The position numbers were made by a program, and so were the translations under genes. DNA of 64,000 bases from Okamejei kenojei (taxonomy: Eukaryota): contig CM069174.1 in NCBI GenBank assembly GCA_035221665.1, forward strand, positions 3,162,001 to 3,226,000. The letters run 5' to 3'. The notes below the pieces were generated by a model. The model was not told the DNA's origin. It saw only the letters and a program-made list of their open reading frames with translations, and made no database searches. This document shows positions 11,485 to 23,727 of this stretch, piece by piece (the stretch's first letter is position 1; every line of letters begins with the position of its first letter).

Positions 11485-12825
11485 ATACCACCTGCTTCAA
11501 AGAAGACCATTATCATCCCGGCGCCGAAAAAAGCAAGACCTCATGCCTTAACGATTACTGTCCAGTGGCCTTGACGTCCGCCATCATGTAGTGCTTTGAG
11601 AGGCTGGTTATGGGACGCGTAAAATCCAGTCTACCCAGCGGCCTTGACCCATTGCGGTTCTACTACCGCAACAACAGGTCCACAGATGATGCCATCGCCC
11701 TGGTCCTACACATCCCTGGAACACCTGGAGAAGAGAGACACCTAAGTCAGACTACTATTCAAAGGTTTAAAGGTTCAAAGGGTCTTTATTAGTCACATAC
11801 ACCAATTGGTGTAGTGAAATGCGGATTGTCATTGCAGCACATAAAAAAAGAATACAACATAACAAGAATAAAGAAATTGAAACATAAAAACATCTCCCCA
11901 CAATGGTTCCCATTATGGGGGAAGGCACAAAGTCCAGTCCCATCGCCATGTCCACCCATAGTCGGGCCTATTGGGGCCTCCGCAGTCGCCGCTACGGGGC
12001 CCGATGTTCCAGGCCGTTCTCGCCGGGTGATGGTGCTCCGGCGTCGGGAGAATCCTCACAGCGGCTTGGGACACCTGGAACGGCCGCTTCCTTACCCGGA
12101 GACCGCGGCTTCCGAAGCCAACACGGCCGCGCCGGATGGAGCTCCACCCCTGGCGATCTCGGCGAGAGATCCCAGGCTCCCGATGTAAAGTACACGCCGC
12201 CGCCCGCGGCTGGCCGCTCCATAGACCCGCAGCTCCGTGATGTTTCATCGGCGGTTCCAGCGCGGCGACCCGGACAAGGCATCGCCCGCCCCGCGATAGC
12301 GCTCCAGCGCTGTGCCGCAGCCGAAGCCGAGGCTCTGGCCGGTCCCCTCAGGAAACGCCGCTCCAGGCCCCGCTGGTAGACCGCGAGGACGGGTCGAAGA
12401 TGCAGCTCGGAGTAAAGCCGCCTCTCCGACCAGGTAGGGACCCTTAAAAGCAGTTCCCCCCCACCCCACCCCCCACATAAAAAAGACCAGACCGCCAAAA
12501 ACACTTGATGGACAGCTGCAGGCTGGGCAGCCATACCCGTACAGGACGGCGCCCCCTTCATAGACTGCAGCACTGCTTTTAACGCCATGATACCATTCAA
12601 GCTCATCACCAAACTCATGGGACTTGGAGTCAACACTCATCTCTGCAACTGGATCCTCGACTTCCTGACCAACAGACCCCAATAGGGGACGATAATCCTC
12701 AACACTGGTGCTCTGCAGGGCTGTGTTCTCAGCCCCATTCTTTACTCCTTGTACACCCACGACTATGCAGCCATGTTGAAATCAAATTCATTGTTCAAAT
12801 TCGCAGGCGACACCATCATTGTGGA
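11485..12825 (+). mobile_element. Rex1-type RT fragment interrupted by an ~800-bp GC-rich insert (11762-12558, - strand)
   Basis: Degenerate RT motifs ([22 protein letters not shown], then GCVLSPILYSLYTHD) resume after the insert; TTCA on both sides. Confidence 0.7.
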
Positions 12826-12979
12826 CATAATAGAGCGGGCCTTTTTTTTGCCAGGGGTCAGCATTTGGTGCTTCAACCGTGCGAGAGCCTGTGGACTTCA
12901 ACTTCGTGGAGCTCGCAGTCCCTGGTAAGCGACCGAGTTCGGGAGCTCCAAACAGCGGGAGTTTCGTCCGCCCCGATGC

Positions 12980-13279
12980 TTAGAATAAAGGGGAGGCCAT
13001 TTAAGACTGAGGTGAGAAACAACTTTTTCACCCAGAGAGTTGTGAATTTGTGGAATTCCCTGCCACAGAGGGCAGTGGAGGCCAAGTCACTGGATGGATT
13101 TAAGTCAGAGTTAGATAGAGCTCTAGGGGCTAGTGTAGTCAAGGGATATCATCGGGAGAAGGCAGGCACGGGTTATTGATAGGGGACGATCAGCCATCAT
13201 CACAGTGAATGGCGGTGCTGGCTCGAAGGGCCGAATGGCCTCCTCCTGCACCTATTTTCTATGTTTATATGTTTCTATG
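12980..13279 (+). mobile_element. CR1 LINE 3' end
   Basis: LRIKGRPFKTEVRNNFFTQRVVNLWNSLPQ; (TTCTATGT)n-like tail. Confidence 0.9.
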
Positions 13280-13715
13280 ATGCAGGAGCATATACTGCCC
13301 CGACCTGGGAGCTCGATTGCCAGCTGCGGATGATTCGAATCCCCCGACCGCAGGAGGAAAGGAGGAAAGAAGTTAAGACATTATCGCCTTCCATCACAGT
13401 GGGGAATGTGGAGGGGCCAATGTGGTGGATGTTTATGTCAGATTTGTACGTAGTCGGGTGTCTTGTTGCTTTTTTGGTATGACTGCATGGCAAACCAAAT
13501 TCCTCGTATGTTGCAAAACATACTTGGCTAATTAATTACCATTATAATTATGATTATGAAATAGGTCAATTAATCAACAAACATTTTTGACAAAGAATAA
13601 TTGCAAACATTTTTTGAAGGGAAGATAAGGGAATTTACTTGAACCGGTTGATTTCTGTAAAAAAACTGATTGAAGATGCACCTTCTGTTTTTCCTGTCTT
13701 TATATTATGTGTATA

Positions 13716-15086
13716 CAGTGGCTTGCAAAAGTTTTCATACCCCTTGAACTTTTCCACATTTTGTCACGTTACAACCACAAACGTAAATGTATTTTATTGG
13801 GATTTTATGTGATAGACCAACAGAAAGTGGCGCATAATTGTGATGTGGAAGGAAAATGATACATGGTTTTCAAATTGTTTTACAAATAAAAAACTGAAAA
13901 GTGTGGTGCGCAAAGGTATTCAGCCCCCTTTACTCTGATACCCCTAAATAAAATCCAGTGCAACCAATTGCCTTCAGAAGTCACCTAATTAGTAAATAGA
14001 GTCCACTTGTGTGTAATCTAATCTCAGTATAAATACAGCTGTTCTGTGAAGGACTCAGGGGTTTGTTAGAGAACATTAGTGAACAAACAGCATCATGAAG
14101 CCCAAGGAACACACCAGACAGGTCAGGGATAAAGTTGTGGAGAAGTTTAAAGCAGGGTTAGTTTATAAAAAAATATCCCAAGTTTTGAACATCTCACGGA
14201 GCACTGTGAAGCTGGATCCACATCATCCGAAAATGGAAAGAGTATGGCACAACTGCAAACCTACCAAAACATGGCCATCCACCTAAACTGACAGGCCGGG
14301 CAAGGAGAGCATTGATCAGAGAAGCAGCCAAGAGGCCCATGGTAACTCTGGAGGAGCTGCAGAGATCCACAGCTCAGGTGGGAGAATCTGTCCACAGGAC
14401 AACTATTAGTCGTGCACTCCACAAATCGGGCCTTTATGGAAGAGTGGCAAGAAGAAAGCCATTGTTGAAAAAAAGCCATAAGAAGTCCCGTTTGCAGTTT
14501 GCCACAAGCCATGTGGGGGACACAGCAAACATATGGAGGAAGGTGCTCTGGTCTGATGAGACCAAAATTGAAGTTTTTGGCCTAAATGTAAAACGCTATG
14601 TGTGGCGGAAAACTAACACTGCACATCACCCTGAACACACCATCCCCACTGTGAAACATGGTGGTGGCAGCATCATGCTGTGGGGATGCTTTTCTTCAGC
14701 AGGGACAGGGAAGCTGGTCAGTTTGATGGGAAGATGGATGGAGCCAAATACAGGGCAATCTTGGAAGAAAACCTGTTAGAGTCTGCAAAAGACTTGAGTC
14801 TGGGGCGGAGGTTCACCTTCCAGCAGGACAACAACCCTAAACATACAGCCAGAGCTACAATGGAATGGTTTAGATCAAAGCATATTCGTGTGTTAGAATG
14901 GCCCAGTCAAAGTCCAGAACTAAATCCAATTGAGAATCTCTGGCAAGACTTGAAAATTGCTGTTCACAGACGCTCTCCATCCAATTTTGCAAAGAAGAAT
15001 GGGCAAAAATTTCAGTCTCTAGATGTGCAAAGCTGGTAGAGACATACCCCAAAAGACTTGCAGCTGTAATTGCAGTGAAAGGTGGT
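13716..15086 (+). mobile_element. Tc1-family DNA transposon, frameshifted DD34E transposase, right end lost
   Basis: TA|CAGTGGCTTGCAAAAG left end; inner direct repeat at ~13909-13930; ORF pieces 14095 (MKPKEHTRQVRDKVV), 14312 ([19 protein letters not shown]), 14680 (QQDNNPKH...SPELNPIE, 34 residues between D and E); fused to a SINE at ~15086. Confidence 0.92.
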
Positions 15087-15288
15087 GACCTGCGTGGGTT
15101 TTCTCCAGGAGCTCCGGTTTCCTCCCACACTCCAAAGACGTACAGGTTTGTAGATTAATTGGCTTGGAGTGTAAATTGTCTCTAGTGTGTGTAGGATAGT
15201 GTTAGTGTGCGGGGATCGCAGGTTGGCACGGACTCGGTGGGCCGAAGGGCCTGTTTCCGCGCTGTATTCCTAAACTACACTAAACTAT
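15086..15288 (+). mobile_element. V-SINE 3' portion
   Basis: GTGACCTGCGTGGGTTTTCTCC...GGGCCTGTTTCCGCGCTGTAT tail. Confidence 0.85.
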
Positions 15289-15601
15289 TGTGAATTCGTC
15301 TTTGATAGTTTACTTTTAAAAGAAAGTATGTGACGATAATATTTTTTCTTTGTCTTTGATCTTATATTATTTCTTCTTAATATGTAATTACTTCTAATAA
15401 AAATATTTTACAAAAAAAAAAAAAAAAATGTCTGCATTGTCATTTATGTGATCAGATCTTAAAATGATCTGTGTTGATGGATGTCACTGGTCCCAAAGAA
15501 CTATTTGTATACGAAATAGGTAATACTCTTGATTTCCTGAAGAAACATCCAAAATAAATTAACTGGTTCTAAAGCAAAATGCTGGGAATCTGAAATTAAA
15601 G

Positions 15602-15890
15602 CGGGGTGGTACGGTGGCGCAGCGGTAGAGTTGCTGCCTCACAGCGCCAGAGACCCGGGTTCCATCCTGACTACGGGTGCTGTCTGTGTGGAGTTTGTAC
15701 GTCCCCCCCCCGTGACCCTCATGGGTTTTGCTCCGGTTTCCTCCCATACTCCAAACAACCACAGGTTTGGAGGTTAATTGGCTTTGGTAAAATTGTCTCT
15801 AGTGTGTGTAGGATAGTGCGAGCGTACGGGGTGATCGCTGGTCGGCACCGACTCGGTGGGCCGAAGGGCCTGTTTCCGCGCTGTATTCAG
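15602..15890 (+). mobile_element. V-SINE (HE1-like)
   Basis: Matches the SINE consensus from head to tail. Confidence 0.85.
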
Positions 15891-16339
15891 GTGATGAATT
15901 GGTTGTTCAGCTGCATTAATTTCCAATTGCTTATGATACGTTACTAAACACTACTCCAGCTGAAGTACAGAATATGCTTTTTATGTAAACTAATTTGAAA
16001 TGTTTCTTGGAGAGATTATCAAGTACTCTATACATGCAAGCCTTCATCCACCTGAAATAATTTCCATCTGTTCTTATATTTTGTTATTTTGCAAACGATT
16101 TTCTCTCGCCTCAGCTATATGGGTCACCTAAAATTCCGAGAGCAACTCTGAAGTGGGACCTATGGGCTCTCAATTTTCTCTTGAGATTTGCCCCGAGGCT
16201 ACTCTGATTGGCTCTTGTAATAGGAAACATCGTATTATTTATATGCAGGGTCGCAACAAATGTTTGGTGCGACTGGTATAGTAAGTTACTGGAGTGGGGT
16301 TTGTCTTCATCCAAATCAAGTGCTTTGCCTGCATTTATA

Positions 16340-16660
16340 AGGTCATAAGGATTGGAACAGAATTGGGCCATTCAGCCCATCGAGTCTACTCCGCCATTCA
16401 ATCATGGCTGATCTATCTCTCCCTCCTAACCCCATTCTCCTGCCTTCTCCCCATAACCCCTGACACCCGCACTAATCAAGAATCTATCTATCTCTGCCTT
16501 AAAAACATCCATTGACTTGGCCTCCACAGCCGTCTGTGGCAATGAATTCCACAGATTCACCACCCTCTGACTAAAGAAATTCCTCCTTATCTCCTTCCTA
16601 CAGGAACCCCCTTTAATTCTGAGGCTGTGACCTCTGGTCCTAGACTCTCCCAAGAGTGGA
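16340..16660 (-). mobile_element. CR1 LINE 3' end
   Basis: Minus frame RNFFSQRVVNLWNSLPQTAVEAKS. Confidence 0.85.
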
Positions 16661-17019
16661 AATGGTCCTGACCTCCCATCTACCTCATTGGAGACCCTCA
16701 GACTATATTTAATCGGACTTTACTGGACTTTATCTTGCGTGAAGCATTATTCTCTTCATCCTGTATCTGCACACTGCGGACGGCTCGATTGTAATCATAT
16801 ACTGTCTTTCCACTGACCGGATACCACGCAACAAAAAATGCTTTTCACTGTACCTCAGCACACGTGACAACAAACGGAACTGAACTAGGTTCTGATGTCC
16901 GTGAATGAATTGTTTTGCGAATACCTAGCTTATGTTTTCCCACAGAGCAGCCTGCAAAAAAATGCAAATTCAACACAACATTGCAAAGCAAAATGGTCTT
17001 GTATTTTTTTATCAAAAAA

Positions 17020-17320
17020 TTAATATAATTATTAAAAATAATATTTACAATGCAATAAAACGAACCCACCACCATAATACAAGACCAACAAATATCCTAA
17101 ATAAACTATTATACAACTATGTTACACTCCTTGTCCAGGATATATTCCACCCCCCGTGGTGCCCAGCGGTCCCGGAAATCCCCGTGTGTGCCCGTGGACA
17201 GCGCGTGTTCCCTCTCTCACCCCACCCGGGCGCGGACGTAACCCCGGAAAAGGGGGCAGGCAGCCGGCTCACCGCCTGGCGCCGTGACTCGCGGATGGCC
17301 AGCTTGGCTGCCATCTTGTT
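17020..17320 (-). mobile_element. Tx1/L1-type LINE 3' fragment
   Basis: Minus frames AKLAIRESRRQAV...RDRWAPRGVEYILDKECNIVV* followed by an AT-rich 3' region. Confidence 0.55.
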
Positions 17321-17758
17321 GGATGGGAGGGAATGCAGTTCTTGAATTTTAGAGCGCTGAACACTGAGCACATAACACAGCTTTAGATTGTGCAACTTGG
17401 TGCATGCTACGCGCAAACGCTGGGCATGCAGCAGCAGGACCATTCAGTGCAATGTACATTCGACATCGCTGCGCTGCACTGATGCGTAAACTTGCATTCA
17501 AGAAACGGCATGGGTTGTCAGACAGGAGAGCAGGTCCTAAGGGAAGGAAGCAGAACCACTCAAGTGTGAAAAGAAAGATGCCTTATTGGCATTACTGTTG
17601 AAGCGCCCATAGCAGAAGACAGCTATGGATTTATGTCTGAAGATATCATGAAACGGGGATGACCCATGAGAAGTTTTACGCAGCAATATGTGCGTAAATT
17701 CTAAATTAGCCGGAAATGTGAACGAAAGTGCATTCAAATATGCAACATCTTTTATAGA

Positions 17759-18180
17759 CACAGAGTGCTGGAGTAACTCAGCGGGTCAGGCAGCATCTGT
17801 GGAGAACATGGATAGGTGACGTTTCACAGAGTGCTGGAGTAACTCAGCGGGTCAGGCAGCATCTGTGGAGAACATGGATAGGTGACGTTTCACAGAGTGC
17901 TGGAGTAACTCAGCGGGTCAGGCAGCATCTGTGGAGAACATGGATAGGTGACGTTTCACAGAGTGCTGGAGTAACTCAGCGGGTCAGGCAGCATCTGTGG
18001 AGAACATGGATAGGTGACGTTTCACAGAGTGCTGGAGTAACTCAGCGGGTCAGGCAGCATCTGTGGAGAACATGGATAGGTGACGTTTCACAGAGTGCTG
18101 GAGTAACTCAGCGGGTCAGGCAGCATCTGTGGAAAAAAAGGATAGGTGATGTTTTGGATCAGGACCCTTCTTCAGACTGA
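17759..18180 (-). repeat. 66-bp tandem array (6 units) ending in a degenerate hammerhead-bearing Penelope terminus
   Basis: CACAGAGTGC starts at 17759, 17825, 17891, 17957, 18023, 18089; GACCCTTCTTCAG at ~18163-18176. Confidence 0.92.
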
Positions 18181-18787
18181 ACGTAGGGGGTGGGGGGTAG
18201 GAGGGGGGGGGGGGGAAGAACTGGAGGTAAGAAATGACCAGGACCAATCAATGTTGTCAACTGTGGTAGAGAGTAAATGACTAGGGTGGAGGAAGGGAGC
18301 AAGGTGGTAAAAGCAAAGGACATTCAAAGCAAGGACATCACCCTGAACCTTTGTAAAACATTGGTTTGGCTGCATCTACCCATTTCTGGGCGCCACACTT
18401 TCGAAATAATGTCAAAGCTTTGCAGAAGGGATTTAGCAAAACGACTGTGCAAATGGACTGAAGAAGCTGCCATTTGGAATGGAGGGGCTGACAGAGGGAT
18501 CTGATAAAGCTATTCAAAACCATAAAAAGCGGAGAGGGAGATGAGATCGTAAGAAACCTTTTTCCTTCAGTGGAGGGGTTGAGACCAGGGGAACAGAGAA
18601 TGATGGTGATTGGCCAAAAAAAACTGAAGTGAGATGAAGAAAGATATTTTCATCTCACGAATGGGTGGCACATTCTCCCCGAGACCGCGTGGGATTTCAA
18701 CGGGTGCTTCACAGCAGTAGAGAGCCAGGTTGCATGACGGGTGCTGTCTGTATGGAGTTTCTACCTTATCCCTCATGGGATTTATCC

Positions 18788-19191
18788 AGTCAGGTCAGGT
18801 CGGGGGGGGGAGTTCCCCCCGCCACGGGTACCATGTAATCCCGTGCTACCCGCTCCATGGTCGGATAGTTGGTGACTAAACCGTCTCCCCCACCTGGTTT
18901 GCCAGGTGAGGAGGGGGCTGTGGACCCCCAGCAGGACCAAAACTAGACCAGTCAAATGGCAGATGAGCCCCTAGCGAGCCAACGGCCATCCACACTTCAG
19001 TAGAAGTTGCGATCACTGTCGTACATGGCATAGTAAGGAATTATGATAAATCGCACATGTACCAACATCCTATACTTCCAGCGGTGGAAGTCGGCAGCAA
19101 CTGGAGGACAGAGATGTGTGGTGCGTCCGTCACCGTTCCCGTCGGAAACCAGCACCACTGTGTTAATGTTTTCAACGATGATGATGTTGAT
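18788..19191 (+). mobile_element. Unclassified ~400-bp retroposon with (GAT)n tail, inserted into a V-SINE
   Basis: SINE sequence on both sides; imperfect TSD GGATTTATCC / GGTTTTCTCC; GATGATGATGTTGAT tail. Confidence 0.6.
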
Positions 19192-20484
19192 GGTTTTCTC
19201 CGGGCGCTCCGGTTTCCTCCCACACTCCAAAGACGTGCGGGTTTGTAGGTTAGTTGGCTTCGGTAGGATTGTAGATTGTCCCCTAGTGTGTGTGTGTGTG
19301 TGTGTGTGTGTGGGATAGTGCTCGTGTGATCGCCGGTCGACGTGGACACGATGGCCGAAGGGCTAATCTCTAAAGTCTAAAGTAAAGAATGGTTCAGGTC
19401 ACGTTTGGTGGGAATGGTGATGGAGGCGGGAGAGCAGCAGTTCGTTAGTGAAATTAGATCAATTTGTGGGATTCAACAAAAGTATTTGAAAGAGAAAAAA
19501 AATTCCAGAGCTAGTTAGAGAAAGAGGGGTAGTAGGACTGGCTGGATAGCCAGTACAGCATCAGCGGACTGAATGGCCTCCTTCCTTGCCATAACTTCTG
19601 TGATTTTATAAGTAGCTTAATATATGCAGAGTGATGGACTATCCTTGAGTTCCAGAAGCTGGTAAGACATGGCTGGATAGAGAACTCTTAGAAATCTTAA
19701 GGTATGTGGTCTTCTCTGTAATTAGTTAGAGATAAAAGCTTTGCATGTAAATTCAGTTTGAAGTAGTGCGCTTTGCCACAAAAATTTTAAATGCAAACTT
19801 CTCAATTTTGCTCTTCAACCTCCTTAAGCACGGAGGACATGTATTTATTTTTACCAACTGATACCCAGAATACAAAAAAAAAGAGTCTAATGGGGAACAT
19901 TATGAAGAAGATGTTGACAGCAAGAACATTGCTCTTTTATCTTTGATCCGGATTTGAATCTTGCTAAGCGAGATCAAAGGCTACCCTCTCTTGAAGGGCT
20001 GATAAAAAGGTCTTAAATGAAGCTGAAATGGGCCAATTTGAATCAATTGCCCAGTAGATATGGATAGACAACACGAAGCTGGCCTTCCAATCAGCACAAT
20101 TGCCATTAGTTTATTAATCTCGATGGGAGAGTTATTAATAGCGCAGGAGGATGTATAATTCACGTTCGCCAAACACCAGCATCTTTCCAAGAATGGAGCT
20201 GAGCCTCAGGGTTGCAGCGTTGAAGAAACAAGTCGCACATTGATTATGACTTGTACTCGTGACTTGCTACTTCCCTGCAGGAAATGGCCACTCCAATCAC
20301 TCGAGGGCAGCACGGGGGCGCAGCGGTAGAGTTGCTGCCTCACAGCGCCAGAGACCCGGGTTCCATCCTGACCACGGGTGCAGTCTCTATAGAGTTTGTA
20401 TTGTGATCCGTGTGGGTTTTCTCCGGGTGATCCTCCCACGCTCCGGGTTTGTAGGTTAATTGGCTTCTGTAAAACTGCCCTGAT

Positions 20485-20820
20485 GGTGTTGCAGTCACAG
20501 TCACAGAGGCCGACGTCAGAACATCCTTCAGGGTGGTGAACCCTCGGAAAGCGCTTGGACCAGATGGTATACCCGGTCGAGCTCTCAAAACCTGTGCAGA
20601 CCAACTGGCTGGAGTTTTTGCGGACATTTTCAACCTCCCACTACTAAGGTCTGAGGTTTCCACCTGCTTTAAGGGGGTATCAATAATACCAGTGCCCAAG
20701 AAGAGTAAGGTAAGGCCTCAATGACTGTCGACCGGTGGCACTAACGTCTGTGGTGATGAAGTGCTTTGAGAGGTTGGTTATGGCGCAAATCAACTCCTAC
20801 CTCAACAAGAACCTGGCTCT
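20485..20820 (+). mobile_element. Rex1-type RT fragment
   Basis: VNPRKALGPDGIPGRALKTCADQLAGVFADIFNL...IIPVPKK. Confidence 0.85.
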
Positions 20821-21519
20821 CAATCAGGGCCGGATTTAGATGAAGAGAGGCCCTAAGCTGTTCCACTTGTGAGCCCCCCCCCAAATTCCCCACACCCACG
20901 ACTAGAGGAAGATGGAAGAGTCCACCAGATTGACACAGATTTGCAGCCGAGCGTGGCCAATGAGATAAGGGGCTGGAAAGCTGCGCGTTATTTATTTATT
21001 GCCAGTGCTAGTGTCGAGTCATCGGCTTAAAACACTACTATTCTGAAATGGAGGGCAAGGAAAATTACTGAAGGGTTGTTCAGAGACTACAGTGGGTTGT
21101 GACAGCATATGTAAGAAAGGCCTATGACAGAGTCGCAAATATTATACACCCTTGCAGGGCTCTCACTTAATTTTTTGTTCTCTGTTGCCAGCGGGGCAAC
21201 CGTGGCAGGTTTTTAAGTTGCCAAATGACAGTTTAGGTGGTCAGTTAAAACGGCTTGCATGACACGTGCGATAATGTGCTCGGACGAAGTGCGTAGTTAC
21301 CAGTCGGAATTGTGGTCAATGAAGCATTCACATATTATTTCTGCTCCAAATAAAGTCACAAACTAAACATATTCACCAATCAAGACATGATATATACCAC
21401 AATGACATGCAGCAAAATTATAATACAGTATCTCAACTCTTTTTACACGTTGCAATTAATGCAATTTCTATTATCTCTTTCCACTTCCAATCAAAAATAT
21501 GGTTATTCAGTGTATAATC

Positions 21520-22365
21520 AACCTCGGTGAGATCAAGCGCAGGCTTGGCGATCGCTTCGCACAACACCTCCACTCAGTTCGCAATAACCAACCTGATCTC
21601 CCGGTGGCTCAACACTTCAACTCCCCTTCCCATTCCGAATCCGACCTTTCTGTCCTGGGCCTCCTCCATGGCCAGAGTGAGGCCCACCGCATATTGGAGG
21701 AGCAGCACCTCATATTTGCTTGGGTAGTTTACACCCCAGCGGTATGAACATTGACATCTCCAATTTCAGGTAGTCCTTGCTTTCTCCCTCCTTCCCCTCC
21801 CCTTCCCAGCTCTCCCACAGCCCACTGTCTCCGCCTCTTCCTTTCTTTTTCGTGTGTGTCCCCCCCCCCCGACATCAATCTGAAGAAGGGTCTCAACCCG
21901 AGACGTCGCCTATTCCTTTGCTCCATAAATGCTGCCTTACCCGCTGATTTTCTCCAGCCTTTTTGTCTACCAATGGGATCCCACCGCTGGCCACATCTTC
22001 CCATCTCCTGCCCTGTTGGCTTTCTGCAGAGACCGCTCCCTCCGTAACTCCCTGGTCAATTTGTCCCTTCCCACCCAAACCACCCCCTCTCCTGGCACTT
22101 TCCCTTGCAACCGCAGGAGATGCTACACTTGTCACTTTACCTCCCCCCTTGACTCCATTCAAGGACCCAAGCAGTATTTCCAGGTGCGGCAGAGGTTCAC
22201 CATGGCCAGAGTGAGGCCCACCGTAAATTGGAGGAGCAGCACCTCATGTTTCGCTTGGGCAGTTTACGCCCCAGCGATATGAACATTGACCTCCAATTTC
22301 AGGTAGTCCTTGCTTTCCCCTCCCCTTCCCAGCTCTCCCTGAGCCCACTGTCTCTGCCTCTTCCT
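21520..22365 (+). mobile_element. Penelope-like element fragments (GIY-YIG region and terminal repeat, tandem)
   Basis: GEIKRRLGDRFAQHLHSVRNNQPDLPVAQHFNSPSH; PGTFPCNRRRCYTC; degenerate hammerhead at 21880-21907. Confidence 0.85.
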
Positions 22366-22736
22366 GGGCATGCATATCTCTGAAGATCTTTCATGAACCC
22401 AGCACACTGATGCAATTATAAAGAAAGCACATCAAAACCTTTGAACAGAGACGGACTGAGCGTGCCCTTTATGTGCGCACACTACTATGTTTACAGCTAA
22501 CAGCATCAATTTATTCAAAATATAGACCATTTAAAAGGTGAAGGAAAATAAAACGATGAGGAAACTAATGCAGTTTAGCTCATGCTGAGCCAGGCATTTT
22601 CACCAGGAAGGCAGAGAATGGACAATAGTTACCCACTAAATGTCCATCTCAGTTATTGACAGCAAAGTGCTCACTCTGTCTTGGAATAGCATTGCGACTG
22701 CAAGCAGCCCTATCAAAAATAAACACACAAACAGTA

Positions 22737-23040
22737 GGCGGCACGGGGGCGCAGCGGTAGAGTTGCTGCCTCACGGCGCCAGAGACCCGGATTCCATCCC
22801 GGCTACGGGAGCTGTCTGTATAGAGTTCGCACATTGTCCCCGTGACCTGCGTGCGTTTTCTCCGAGATCTTCAGTTTCCTCCCACATGTACAGGTTTGTA
22901 GGTTAATTGGCTTGGTGTAAATGTAAACTGTCCCTAGTGTTTTTTAGGATAGTGTTAGTGTGCGGGGATCGCTGGTCGGTGCGGACTCGGTGGGCCGAAG
23001 GGCCTGTTTCCACGCTGCATCATCTAAACTAAACTAAACC
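22737..23040 (+). mobile_element. V-SINE (HE1-like)
   Basis: Consensus match with (AAACT)n tail. Confidence 0.85.
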
Positions 23041-23427
23041 CGATCACTGTGGTTGTCATCTTTCCTTTACTGATGCATTTTTAATACTTTGCATCCCGCT
23101 GCAAGCCGTTGGAGATGCAGCCTTCTCCAGAGAAGGACTAGAGTTCTCAACTCCCATCTCAATGTCCTCGTACAGATATTAATGTTAAAGTACGAGCAAG
23201 GAAACAATGATGTATTATTTAGGCTTCATAGACTTGTCTACTTCAAGGAGACCCACTTAAAACGAGCCAAGGGTTTTGTTTGACAACATTTTAAATCAAG
23301 AAGGATTTGTTCGGGTATTTTTTGTCAAGCTGAGAGTAAGTGTCTCTGATCTGGCCACTGGATTGAGAATACTTTTGCGTGCCGATCCTCCTGACCTTTG
23401 CCCTTCGGCACTCGTCAAACAAATGAC

Positions 23428-23727
23428 GGCACGGTGGCGCAGCGGTAGAGTCGCTGCCTCACAGCGCCAGAAACCCGGGTTCCATCCTGACTACGGGCGC
23501 TGTCTGTACGGAGTTTGCACGTTCTCCCCGTGACCTGCGTGGGTTTTCTCCGAGATCTTTGGTTTCCCCTCACACTCCAAAGACGTGTAGGTTTGTAGGT
23601 TAATAGGCTTGGTGTAAATGTAAAATTGTCCCTGGTGTGTGTAGGGTAGTGTTAGTGTGCGGGGATCGCTGGGCGGTGCGGACTCGGTGGGCCGAAGGGC
23701 CTGTTTCCATCTAAACTAAACTAAACC
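23428..23727 (+). mobile_element. V-SINE (HE1-like)
   Basis: Consensus match with (AAACT)n tail. Confidence 0.85.

Noticed and set aside
12505-12558. G-rich 5' end of the GC-rich insert (and 7380-7412) as another HDV-like ribozyme
   Set aside because: Only a simple hairpin could be fitted; no P2/P3/L3 or C-N-A-A arrangement
11814-12760. Several 110-214-aa ORFs in the GC-rich insert
   Set aside because: Stop-poor GC-rich sequence open in many frames with no protein motifs
17759-18150. 66-bp unit as an autonomous hammerhead (classical retrozyme)
   Set aside because: The unit has no CUGANGA core (only CUGACCC and CUGAGUU), so it should not self-cleave alone
20825-21500. Possible hAT-like ends (CAGGGCCGG at ~20825, CAGGGCTCT at ~21156)
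   Set aside because: No matching opposite TIR or TSD found, so not reported as features
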